Source: Candidatus Hermodarchaeota archaeon (GTDB lineage Archaea; Asgardarchaeota; Heimdallarchaeia; Hodarchaeales; Hodarchaeaceae). From it: a stretch of DNA of 32,000 bases. Positions 1 to 8,797 of the stretch are shown one piece after another. How positions within the stretch are numbered: the stretch's first letter is position 1; each line of letters starts with the position of its first letter. Location: contig JBHLKY010000008.1 in assembly GCA_048886185.1 (NCBI GenBank), positions 188,228 through 220,227 of the forward strand, read 5' to 3'. The notes under the pieces are model-generated. The model did no database searches. It worked only from the letters and a program-made list of their open reading frames with translations, and was not told where the DNA came from. The position numbers and the translations under genes were made by a program.

Positions 1-1
1 G

Positions 2-595
2 TTCGAACTCGTCTAATCTTTGGGGCCTTTCTTTTGCCACCTCATCACCAAAATCTTCCTTTGAGTATTTAGCCCAAATAGTCTTGAAGTCTATAATAAG
101 ATCTATTACCTCTTGAGTATCAGCAGTTTGATGGAGGAGAGAAATATATTGTTCTAAATCAAAACTAGTAGCCTTTTTTAGTGACTTTAATCGTGTAACT
201 TTGGCTTGAATGCTAAGACGAAGAATCTCTTGATTTTGGTTGAGCTTATTTTTTTGTAAAACTAAATCTGTGAGAAGAACTTTAGTTTCTTCCTTGGAAA
301 GTTTTTTTGTTTCCCATGCTTGAATTGTATCTTTCATCTTCGTTTCAGTAATTAAAATCGATTGAGTAAGAATTTGTAACTTATTATCAATAAGCTTTAT
401 TCCATACATGTCTAATAATGGTGTTAAGTGATTTTGATCCATTTTAGAAGAGCTTTTTAACCCATCAAGAGCCTGGACGAAATAATTCTCATCAATGAGT
501 TCTTTCTCCCGAAGAGAGAAAAGTATTTTCTTGAAATCGGATGAAGAGTTCAATTCAATCACAATCAATAATTCAAGTATAGGTAAATAAATCAT
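2..595 (-). CDS. Hypothetical alpha-helical protein, N-terminal part (truncated by window edge)
   Basis: Manual translation: stop-free minus-strand frame from ATG 595 (or GTG 562) to the window edge: (MIYLPILELLI)VIELNSSSDFKKILFSLREKELIDENYFVQALDG...AKERPQRLDEFE. Not in the ORF track because it has no stop in the window. Confidence 0.7.
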   Translation of the reverse strand, partial: MIYLPILELLIVIELNSSSDFKKILFSLREKELIDENYFVQALDGLKSSSKMDQNHLTPLLDMYGIKLIDNKLQILTQSILITETKMKDTIQAWETKKLSKEETKVLLTDLVLQKNKLNQNQEILRLSIQAKVTRLKSLKKATSFDLEQYISLLHQTADTQEVIDLIIDFKTIWAKYSKEDFGDEVAKERPQRLDEFE

Positions 596-761
596 GGATT
601 ATGTTGGATATTAAAAGCGGTTTTATCCCCAAATGTAACATGATAGTGACTCAAGAAATTTGTTCTTAAGAATTAGATAAAACATTTACTTTTTAATCTT
701 GAACCAAAAACCTAGTTAAAATCAGACCAGTGTTAAAAAAATTCCTTTTTTATATCTGACT

Positions 762-1790
762 TTACCCCTCTTTTTCAGTACCTGCTTCTAGTTTCTCTTG
801 GAGGCTATCAGGGACTTCAAAATCAAAAGGAGGTTGTGTTGTAACAATAACTCCGCTATCCTCAGTAATGATGAATGTATGTTCGTACTGTGCAACAAAA
901 CTCCCTTTCTCGTCTGCTAAAGGGGGATAAGCAACAATCCCTCCTCCATTCATCAGCTCACGAATAGCGAAACGAACACGTGCAAGATTGAATTGATCAT
1001 ATGATGACAACCAGCGTTCAGCAAAAGGTAGTGTTTTATACTTTTTATAGACAGTTGAATATATTTTTCTTGAAACAGGATTACGTAAAGGAATTCTTCG
1101 TGGAAGAAGCATATAGATATATTTAGTTCCAGTCATCTCATGAATGCTACCTGTTCCTGAAGAAGCAAATGTTTCTAATGCATAAGCTTCCCCAACCTCC
1201 AAAGCTCCTTCTACAGGATCATATGGAGAGCTAATATTCGGTAATCGTTTATCTCCGTGTAATTCATATCTCCCAAGCTTATGACCAGTTAATTCCCTTA
1301 TCGGACGATATTCATAACTTGTGATTGTCTCCTCAATACGTTTTCCTATTAATGAAGGTAACGTGCCAGCTTGTATAATTTCCATTGCTGCTTTAAATCC
1401 TTCTTCTGCAGCAATCTTCAGATTCTTGAGCTCAGGAGAGAGAATAGTGGTCACAGCAGTATCAGCAATATAACCATTACAATGAATCCCAATATCTAGT
1501 TTGACGCTTCCCTCGTCAGGAATTATACTTTCATCCCCATAAGGACTGGAATAATGAGCTGCAATATTGTTGATGGACACGTTAGTCGGAAAACCAAATC
1601 CATCCGCTTTTTTTTCTAAAATTAACTTCTCAGCTGTTTCACAAATCTGAATAACTGGCACACCAGGTTTGATTATCCCTTTTACTTCGTTTAAAACTTC
1701 ATAACCAATCTGTCCAGCTTTACGGTAGTAGTAAATCTTCTCTTCATCTGTGATTCCTTCCTCAGACGTCCAATCAGCCACATTATTCAC
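762..1790 (-). CDS. map: Methionine aminopeptidase, type II (archaeal/eukaryotic)
   Basis: Motifs AAHYS, KLDIGIH..GYIADTA, LTGH, ALETF and AQYEHT carry the D,D,H,E,E metal ligands; the type II helical insert is present. GTG start. Confidence 0.97.
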   Translation of the reverse strand: MNNVADWTSEEGITDEEKIYYYRKAGQIGYEVLNEVKGIIKPGVPVIQICETAEKLILEKKADGFGFPTNVSINNIAAHYSSPYGDESIIPDEGSVKLDIGIHCNGYIADTAVTTILSPELKNLKIAAEEGFKAAMEIIQAGTLPSLIGKRIEETITSYEYRPIRELTGHKLGRYELHGDKRLPNISSPYDPVEGALEVGEAYALETFASSGTGSIHEMTGTKYIYMLLPRRIPLRNPVSRKIYSTVYKKYKTLPFAERWLSSYDQFNLARVRFAIRELMNGGGIVAYPPLADEKGSFVAQYEHTFIITEDSGVIVTTQPPFDFEVPDSLQEKLEAGTEKEG

Positions 1791-1947
1791 CCATTTTCAA
1801 CCTAATCTCTATTTCATGGTTATTTGAGTGGATTACGCAAACAAATAAATAAACGATGTTTCGAACTAATTTTATACAGATCTAGAGGCCATCGAAAAGA
1901 AAAAGTATTTGATGAAGAACTCTAAACTCTCTTGAGAGAGGTATCAC

Positions 1948-3165
1948 ATGTCCAATGAGAACATTGTAGTTAAAATCAATCAGATTCTAACGCAAAAGTA
2001 TTGCCTTTCAGCTGATCAAACTGTGGAAACAGTCAATAAATGTGATAACCTAGGTGAAGTAATCGTTTCAATGGAGTTTCCTGAAAAAGATTTTTATATT
2101 CGCATTCTTCAACATCTCCGTTTATTCTACAATTCAGAATTTATGTTTTACAGCAATCGAACACAAAAGGCATTTAATTCCTATCAAAAATTACAAACTG
2201 CAATTTTAGAAACTCAAACTCAATTTCCTGATTTATATTCTCAACGACAATATGATATTGATCGACTTGTGTTACGTATTGATGCTCGAATGCAAGAAGC
2301 CCGAGCACGGATTGCAGAAGCCAATGATGATATTGTTCAAGCTGATGTTTTGTACGTAGAAACAATAAATCGTTACAATAATGAATTAGTTTTAGAACAA
2401 GCAAAGAATGATTATGACCATTACTTTGATTCTTTAAGCAACATTTTTCAAACGACTGGTTATCTTTATTTATTACGTGGCAAGAATTCCAAAAATAACA
2501 ATGATCTTTACCAAGCTCTCAAAAATTTAAAGAAAGCTCTGTTTCTTGGACATTCAAACGTTAGAAAAATGCTAACGGAAACACATGAGACTATACTCTC
2601 ATTTAATTTGAATAAATTAGAAAACCAAGCAGAGGCGCTATTTAATCGAGGGCTTGAAAGATCTGAGGCTGAACAATTCCACAAAGCTAAATCTAGCTAT
2701 CAGAAATCAGCTCAATTATTTCATACATTGAATCAAATCCAACAAAATGTCGAGTACGAACTCCAAGAACAAATCCAATTTTCTTCATATTATGAGGCAA
2801 CAGCAAAAAGCTACATGATACAAGACAACAACGAGCAGGCTGCTATTCAATTTTCCTATGCAAGCCAAACATTGCAAAGGGTTATCCAAAAAATACCAAG
2901 TGAAGGCCTGAGAAAGAATTTTGAACCTCAGATTAAGTATTTTCAAGCAATGCAGTTATTTTGTCAAGCTGTTACAGAATATGATGAAATGATTCCAGAA
3001 GCGATCGAACATTTTGAGGAGGCCCAACAAAAACTTGAGGAGGCTAAACAAGAGGCGGATGAATTACAAAATATTCCGCTATCTAAAAGTTGTAATGAAG
3101 CTCTAAACAAGCTTAATTCGTATCAAGAGATTGCAGGACTTATGCTTCAAACTGATGACAATTAA
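1948..3165 (+). CDS. Hypothetical all-alpha (TPR/SNAP-like solenoid) protein
   Basis: 405-aa ORF with repeated helix pairs of the type AEALFNRG...AKSSYQKSAQLF and AAIQFSYASQTL; no catalytic motif recognised. Confidence 0.6.
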   Translation: MSNENIVVKINQILTQKYCLSADQTVETVNKCDNLGEVIVSMEFPEKDFYIRILQHLRLFYNSEFMFYSNRTQKAFNSYQKLQTAILETQTQFPDLYSQRQYDIDRLVLRIDARMQEARARIAEANDDIVQADVLYVETINRYNNELVLEQAKNDYDHYFDSLSNIFQTTGYLYLLRGKNSKNNNDLYQALKNLKKALFLGHSNVRKMLTETHETILSFNLNKLENQAEALFNRGLERSEAEQFHKAKSSYQKSAQLFHTLNQIQQNVEYELQEQIQFSSYYEATAKSYMIQDNNEQAAIQFSYASQTLQRVIQKIPSEGLRKNFEPQIKYFQAMQLFCQAVTEYDEMIPEAIEHFEEAQQKLEEAKQEADELQNIPLSKSCNEALNKLNSYQEIAGLMLQTDDN

Positions 3166-3485
3166 TCCTTTTTTAGTTGCAATTGCTCTAAAATCATATA
3201 AGCTTCAAGCAATGGAATGGCTAATTGTTGAGCAAGCTCTTCAGGAGGAATTGTAGGATTTTTTGGCAAAATCTTCTGACGAGTCCAAGCCAAATTTGCC
3301 GCAAAACCTGGAATATCTCTCATTACCGGTTCTAGTAATTCAATAATCTCTTCTTTAGTTAATTGATCTAATGAAAAAGGAGGGGTTTTTCGATCAATAA
3401 TTCTAGGTTGGATTTTTTCAGGTTTTGATGACAGGGAGGAGTTTTTATTACTCTTCTTCGTCAAGAAGTCAGATAGATCGGACAA
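3162..3485 (-). CDS. Hypothetical protein, possible C-terminal helix-turn-helix
   Basis: 107-aa ORF, TTG start; low-complexity Ser/Lys N-terminus and C-terminal PEELAQQLAIPLLEAYMILEQL resembling an HTH. Stop overlaps the stop of the convergent gene. Confidence 0.55.
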   Translation of the reverse strand: MSDLSDFLTKKSNKNSSLSSKPEKIQPRIIDRKTPPFSLDQLTKEEIIELLEPVMRDIPGFAANLAWTRQKILPKNPTIPPEELAQQLAIPLLEAYMILEQLQLKKD

Positions 3486-3603
3486 TTAGAATTCTCACCA
3501 CCATAATTCTGTTGTAGAGAAAGTGGGACGGTATCTATCCTCGGAGACTATTGGCACCTCCATATTTGGGAATAGTTTGATTCTGTCGGTTTGATTGAGA
3601 GAA

Positions 3604-3915
3604 TCAATCACGTAGCTCAATAGAGGTTTCAGGAAAGCCTTCATCGATAAGGATAGGGGCGATAAGACGGAGAAAATTTCCCTGTAGCTCAATTCGGCCA
3701 TCTTTTGTGGTCCCACCCGTGGCTAAACTCTTTTTCAGCCGTTTGGATAGTCCCCTAAGATCGATATCCTTTGATAATCCAGCAATAACAGTTACTTCAC
3801 GTCCCCATTTACGTTTCTCTATAAAAACCCGAATTGAAGTTTGTTCTTCTTTGGCTATATCAGAACAAGCGCATAACTCTACTGGCAGACCGCAGGTCTT
3901 GCAATTACTACCCAT
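3604..3915 (-). CDS. sui1: Translation initiation factor aIF1 / SUI1 homolog
   Basis: N-terminal CxxCGLPxELCxC and SUI1 core (KRKWGREVTVI, LKKSLATGGTTKDGRIELQG). Confidence 0.95.
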   Translation of the reverse strand: MGSNCKTCGLPVELCACSDIAKEEQTSIRVFIEKRKWGREVTVIAGLSKDIDLRGLSKRLKKSLATGGTTKDGRIELQGNFLRLIAPILIDEGFPETSIELRD

Positions 3916-4079
3916 TTTGAAATATTAACCTCAAATTTTCAGTTAGCTGAATATTTTATCAGCTGCTCTATCTTCATTCTAAAAAGAATATAAATCTATC
4001 GAAAAACAGAGACTCTTAAACTCTCCATTAGGTTTATCTGCTTTCATCAAGAAATAGAGAAATCATTTTTTATCTTAGT

Positions 4080-4226
4080 TCAATCAGTTTTCAACCGTTT
4101 TATGATAGGCGGCCGTTTTTTCAATAAAATTCTATGACCACAAATAATACATCTAATCCCAGGTAAAGTCTCTAATTCGGCAGGATCAATCTCCTGATGG
4201 CATTTCTGACACAAATACGTCGTCAT
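4080..4226 (-). CDS. rpoP: DNA-directed RNA polymerase subunit P (Rpo12), missed by ORF track
   Basis: Manual translation, 48 aa: MTTYLCQKCHQEIDPAELETLPGIRCIICGHRILLKKRPPIIKRLKTD. Has the YxCxxC...RCxxCGxRILxKxR signature and a GAGGT SD-like motif upstream. Confidence 0.93.
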   Translation of the reverse strand: MTTYLCQKCHQEIDPAELETLPGIRCIICGHRILLKKRPPIIKRLKTD

Positions 4227-4269
4227 ATTTTCAACCTCGAATTTTCAGAGAGTTTTACAACGATTACTC

Positions 4270-4674
4270 TTATATTACTCTCTTTTGATGAGTCCTGATA
4301 AAATTTACTATGTCTTTGGTATCCGTACCAGGGCCAAAGATTCCATGAATCCCAATTTCATTCAGCTGCGGAACATCAATATCTGGAATGATTCCCCCAA
4401 CGATCACAAGAGTATCGTCTATCATATCATTCTGTTTAAGTAATTCTATAATTCGTGGAAATAACGCCATATGTGACCCACTTAGGCTTGATAATCCGAC
4501 AACATCAACATCTTCTTGCAATGCAGCTTCAACTATTTCTTCTGGACTCTTATGCAGGCCAGTATATATCACCTCCATTCCCGCATCTCTTAATGCTCGT
4601 GCTACAACTTTTACTCCCCTATCATGACCATCTAATCCAGGTTTTGCAAGTAATACTCGTATTTTTCGTGTCAT
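4270..4674 (-). CDS. icmB: B12-dependent acyl-CoA mutase, cobalamin-binding small subunit (methylmalonyl-CoA mutase C-terminal domain family; IcmB-like)
   Basis: [11 protein letters not shown] (DxHxxG), [19 protein letters not shown]. Start placed at ATG 4674 after a GGTGA SD (ORF track extends to 4716). Family is secure; the Icm label follows from the partner subunit. Confidence 0.9.
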   Translation of the reverse strand: MTRKIRVLLAKPGLDGHDRGVKVVARALRDAGMEVIYTGLHKSPEEIVEAALQEDVDVVGLSSLSGSHMALFPRIIELLKQNDMIDDTLVIVGGIIPDIDVPQLNEIGIHGIFGPGTDTKDIVNFIRTHQKRVI

Positions 4675-4691
4675 CTCTTTCACCAAATAAT

Positions 4692-6407
4692 TTAGATTAA
4701 TTGGTCTCCTTTCCATTCCCCAAATACATCTCGTAAAACGTCACAGATCTCGCCAATAGATGCATAGGCTTTTACAGCCTTTAAAATAGGAGGCATTAGA
4801 TTTTTGGTGCCTTTTGCAGCCTCACGTACTTCAGTTAAGGCCTCATTTACCGCTTCATCATCACGTTCTTTTTTTGTTTGATGTAACCGAGCTATCTGCC
4901 GTCGAGCTACTTCTTCCCCAATTTGAAGAAGAGGAACCTTGATTTCTTCATCAGAACTATATTCATTGACTCCAACAATCACTCGTTGGTTTTCTTCAAT
5001 TTCTTTCTGATATTGATAGGCAGCATTGGATATTTCTTGCTGGAAAAATCCCTTTTCAATGGCTGGAATGACCCCTCCTAATTTCTCAATCTTGTCAAAA
5101 TATATCTCAGTTTGTTTTTCCATTTCATTTGTCAATGCTTCAATGAAATAACTCCCAGCTAACGGATCAATGGTGTTTGTAACTCCACTTTCATAAGCAA
5201 GAATCTGTTGCGTTCGTAATGCTATCTCAACCGCTTCCTCACTTGGCAAGGCTAACGCCTCATCTAGCGAATTTGTGTGTAAAGATTGAGTTCCACCTAA
5301 AACTGCAGCCAAAGCTTGAATAGTTGTACGTACTACGTTATTATATGGTTGTTGAGCAGTCAAAGAACATCCAGCAGTTTGAGTATGAAATCGTAACCAC
5401 ATAGATCGAGAATTTTTAGGTTGATATTTCACAATATGTCGAGCCCAAATTCGCCGTGCAGCACGATATTTTGCTATTTCCTCAAATAGATCATTATGTG
5501 AATTAAAAAAGAATGATAATCGAGGAGCAAAGTTATCAATATCCATACCTGCTTCAACAGCCCATTTGACATATTCTAATCCATCAGCTAAAGTGAAAGC
5601 GAGTTCTTGAATCGCTGTTGATCCTGCTTCACGGATATGATATCCAGAAATTGATATAGTATTCCAGCGAGGAACATGTTCAGAGCAGTACTTGATAATA
5701 TCCACGATGATTCTCATTGATGGTTTTGGCGGGAATATATAAGATTTTTGGGCAATAAACTCCTTTAGTATGTCATTTTGGATGGTTCCACCAATTTGAT
5801 GTGAACTTACTCCCTGCTTCTCTGCTACCGCAATGTACATGGCAAGTAAGATTGCTGCAGGTGCATTGATTGTCATAGATGTAGTCACTTTATTAAGGGG
5901 AATTCCATCAAACAAAATCTCCATGTCTTTTAATGTGTCAATGGCTACACCTAGTTTTCCAACCTCTCCAAGGGACATAGGATGGTCTGATTCGCGACCA
6001 TAAATGGTAGGAAGATGAAAAGCAACACTCAAGCCTGTCATTCCGTGTTCTAAAAGAAACTTAAATCTACGATTTGTTTCCTCAGCTCCTCCGAATCCAG
6101 CAAACTGACGCATTGTCCATAATCGGCCACGATACATGGTCGGTTGAACCCCTCGTGTGAATGGAAACATACCTGGATATCCTAAGGCTTTTTGATAGTC
6201 CCACTTAACAGGTAGATCCGTAGGATCATATATCCTATTGATAGATTCACTGGAGGTTGTCATGAACTTCAGTAACCGTTCTGGTTTCTTTCTTATAGCT
6301 TTGTTATAGACTTCTTCCCATTCTTTACGCTTTTGTTTGATATTAACCAACTCATTGGTTTTTTCATCCATCGGAATTTCTCCACTATTAGTTATATTTG
6401 AAGTCAA
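4692..6407 (-). CDS. icmA: B12-dependent acyl-CoA mutase, substrate-binding large subunit (methylmalonyl-CoA mutase family; residues indicate isobutyryl-CoA mutase)
   Basis: [64 protein letters not shown]. Phe and Gln sit at the positions of MCM Tyr89/Arg207. Alternative start ATG 6371 (GGAG upstream). Confidence 0.9.
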   Translation of the reverse strand: MTSNITNSGEIPMDEKTNELVNIKQKRKEWEEVYNKAIRKKPERLLKFMTTSSESINRIYDPTDLPVKWDYQKALGYPGMFPFTRGVQPTMYRGRLWTMRQFAGFGGAEETNRRFKFLLEHGMTGLSVAFHLPTIYGRESDHPMSLGEVGKLGVAIDTLKDMEILFDGIPLNKVTTSMTINAPAAILLAMYIAVAEKQGVSSHQIGGTIQNDILKEFIAQKSYIFPPKPSMRIIVDIIKYCSEHVPRWNTISISGYHIREAGSTAIQELAFTLADGLEYVKWAVEAGMDIDNFAPRLSFFFNSHNDLFEEIAKYRAARRIWARHIVKYQPKNSRSMWLRFHTQTAGCSLTAQQPYNNVVRTTIQALAAVLGGTQSLHTNSLDEALALPSEEAVEIALRTQQILAYESGVTNTIDPLAGSYFIEALTNEMEKQTEIYFDKIEKLGGVIPAIEKGFFQQEISNAAYQYQKEIEENQRVIVGVNEYSSDEEIKVPLLQIGEEVARRQIARLHQTKKERDDEAVNEALTEVREAAKGTKNLMPPILKAVKAYASIGEICDVLRDVFGEWKGDQLI

Positions 6408-6949
6408 TATTCAACACCTTTTCGGGCTAATATCTTCCTTTGATACGGATGTTTGCGTTCACAGATTTCTGTATAATAATCTGCAAGCTCAATTATCTCG
6501 TTAGATGCGTCTCTGCCTGTTAAAACCAGCTCAAGATTTTTAGGTTTTTGCTTGATGATATCAATTACTTCATTTTCTGATATTAGTTTGAAGTCTAATG
6601 CAACATTTATCTCGTCTAGAATTAAGATATCCCAGTTTTCGTCAGTGATAGCAATACGAGCACGATCTAAAGCAGCTTTAGCCTCATCTAAATCAATTTT
6701 CTTAGGATTTTCTTTATCAATAAACTCAGGAGTCCCATATTGAAGGACAGTAATTTCTGGAATATTCTTAATAACTTTTAACTCGCCATAATCCCACCCT
6801 TTTTTCATAAATTGAATAATTAATGAACGAAATCCATGTCCAGCAGCCCGAAGTGCCAATCCTAAAGCAGATGTCGTCTTTCCTTTACCATTACCAGAAA
6901 TAACGTGAATTAATCCGAGCTGACATTTTTTAATTCTTTGATCATACAT
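6404..6949 (-). CDS. btuR: Cob(I)alamin adenosyltransferase, CobA/BtuR/CobO type
   Basis: [13 protein letters not shown]-loop, QFMK..W.YGE, ILDEI, ELVLTGR, HPY..I.AR.GVEY. Start placed at ATG 6949 (GGTGGA upstream); ORF track extends to 6985. Confidence 0.93.
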   Translation of the reverse strand: MYDQRIKKCQLGLIHVISGNGKGKTTSALGLALRAAGHGFRSLIIQFMKKGWDYGELKVIKNIPEITVLQYGTPEFIDKENPKKIDLDEAKAALDRARIAITDENWDILILDEINVALDFKLISENEVIDIIKQKPKNLELVLTGRDASNEIIELADYYTEICERKHPYQRKILARKGVEY

Positions 6950-7126
6950 TATATCCACCCAAGGTCGAATGAATGTCCTAATCACATAAATGGTGGACTC
7001 TTCATTAAATCATTCAATTTTTCTCTTCCCAATCATAAGAAATTTATTTCCTTTCTTTTTCAATGAAAATCGGCGTTATTCTTAAATATTTTAATGATAA
7101 GGCCCTTGGAAACCTTTATTTACCCT

Positions 7127-7227
7127 GGCCGGCGTAGGATAATTTTAGGCAGTATTCTGCTTATAGTACAATGGTAGTCTCGGAGGTTGTGGCCCTCCAT
7201 GTCGGGGTTCGATTCCCCGTGCCGGCC
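7127..7227 (+). tRNA. tRNA-His (GUG) with encoded G-1 and a putative 29-nt intron in the D arm (~7143-7171)
   Basis: Acceptor GCCGGCG/TGCCGGC with G-1 (7127) opposite C73 (7227); anticodon arm GGAGG-TTGTGGC-CCTCC (GTG 7189-7191); T arm CGGGG-TTCGATT-CCCCG. A normal D arm (GGAT-AATGGTA-GTCT) forms only after removing 29 nt. Confidence 0.88.
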
Positions 7228-7433
7228 CTTACTTTTGCATCAGAAATTACAGGTAATGGTTTGTTATAATCACTCATAGATCAACGCTCATCGTGAAAAC
7301 TTTCTCATGGAAGAAAAATCCTGATTGATAACATGATATTGAAGCTAAGCTTTGTAACCCCTTCCATAGTGGGGTTTTAGAAATGAGTTCCATCATGTTT
7401 TATTGACGAAGATTAGAATAATAGCTTTAATAA

Positions 7434-8582
7434 CTAGGAAGAAAATCCCATAATTGCTTCGACTATTGGAGGGTCATCAGAGGAAATAGAAATTAAATTC
7501 CGAGAGACCAACTCTTCTAACATTTGTTTGAGCTTAATTGGATGTGCACCAACAGACATTGCTAGCGTTGGAAGATCCAGAGAACCACCAAGGTTCAGTA
7601 ATATTAGTATCGAAGCGTATAGGGGATGAGTAGAGAGTAATCGCTGAGTAAATTCCAAGACCATATTACGTTGAGAACGTTCATTAATCACTTCAGTTAA
7701 TTTATTCTGAAGGTTTTGTTGTTCTTCCTCCGCCATGGCAAGTGCTTCTTCAAGACGAGACACTGTGACTTTGTGCTGCTTGAATTCATTTTCATGACGT
7801 TGGATTTCATTTTTTAATCGGTTTTGCATCTCCTCTATTTCTAAATCATAATCCTGACGGACTTGCTTTATTCGTTGCTGAATACTTTCTTCTAACATTC
7901 TATTGAAATAGTCCTCTTGTATCTGGTAGGTTTGCGCGACAGATGCCAAAGCATCATTAATGTCTTTTTCATGGATCTTTTCATTTTCTTTTAAATTTTC
8001 GATCACAGCTACTTTTGCTGCAAGCTCAGAACTGATATCATTGATCCGTTTTTGGTTCAGCTCCTCCTGTTCCTGTAGATTCTGTACCTGAAGTTGAAAA
8101 CGCCTTATCTCTATCTCCTGTTTATTCACTTTATCTTGGTTTTCCTCGAAGATGAGACGATTCTCCTCTCGTTCGTGTTCCATCTGAGAAAGTTGTACAT
8201 TTTTTTCTTTTATCTGATCTCTCAGCTTATTAAGCTCTGTCTCTAACTGTTTAACCTGCTCTTCGTCAACGGATGAGGTTACTTCCTGAAGAAATGTAGC
8301 ATCACTCTGAATGACTTGCCGAATCCGACCAAGTGATTTGAGTGTAATCCGTGTCAATTCACCATCAACAATGCGAGAGGTCTCTTTCCTGATGTTTTTA
8401 ACAAATTCTTCAATATCTTTGTAGGTAAAATGTTGAACACCTTGACTAACAAGTGAACTTCTAGCCCCTGAAATAACTACACCAATCTCCTGTTGAGCTC
8501 TTTCGCGATCTTTAGCTATTTCATTAATAAACTCTAATCCATACTCCTTCAACGTTTTTGGTGTCATAAACCTTTCCTTCAT
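7434..8582 (-). CDS. Long coiled-coil protein with C-terminal winged helix-turn-helix
   Basis: About 200 residues of E/Q/K-rich heptads, then HPLYASILILLNLGGSLDLPTLAMSVG...LKQMLEELVSRNLISI (wHTH-like). Confidence 0.7.
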   Translation of the reverse strand: MKERFMTPKTLKEYGLEFINEIAKDRERAQQEIGVVISGARSSLVSQGVQHFTYKDIEEFVKNIRKETSRIVDGELTRITLKSLGRIRQVIQSDATFLQEVTSSVDEEQVKQLETELNKLRDQIKEKNVQLSQMEHEREENRLIFEENQDKVNKQEIEIRRFQLQVQNLQEQEELNQKRINDISSELAAKVAVIENLKENEKIHEKDINDALASVAQTYQIQEDYFNRMLEESIQQRIKQVRQDYDLEIEEMQNRLKNEIQRHENEFKQHKVTVSRLEEALAMAEEEQQNLQNKLTEVINERSQRNMVLEFTQRLLSTHPLYASILILLNLGGSLDLPTLAMSVGAHPIKLKQMLEELVSRNLISISSDDPPIVEAIMGFSS

Positions 8583-8797
8583 GATCTGAAAAGAATCTCG
8601 AACTAATAAAGATTAAGATTGTATTTTTTTTTGCCTCCTTTAAATCATTCTTAATGGGATATAAAAAATGGATTCCTCAACAGAGTGTCCTCAATCAACT
8701 TGGACTTTTAGGAAAAATCCTAAAATTTATCAATTCACTTGTTTGTGAACTTTTTAAAATAAAAACAAAAAAAGAATCTAGAGAGAGTGCTCTTCCT

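Noticed and set aside
3495-3928. ORFs 3495..3716(-) and 3707..3928(+)
   Set aside because: They overlap the clearly real sui1 gene in other frames and have no motifs.
7200-7228. tRNA-His 3' end as an integration (att) site
   Set aside because: No second copy of the tRNA 3' end and no integrase seen in the window.
8706-8749. Two short hairpins upstream of rnc (TTTTAGGA-AAAA-TCCTAAAA; TTCAC...GTGAA) as an autoregulatory RNase III site
   Set aside because: Stems of 8 and 5 bp are too short for an RNase III substrate and are AT-rich.
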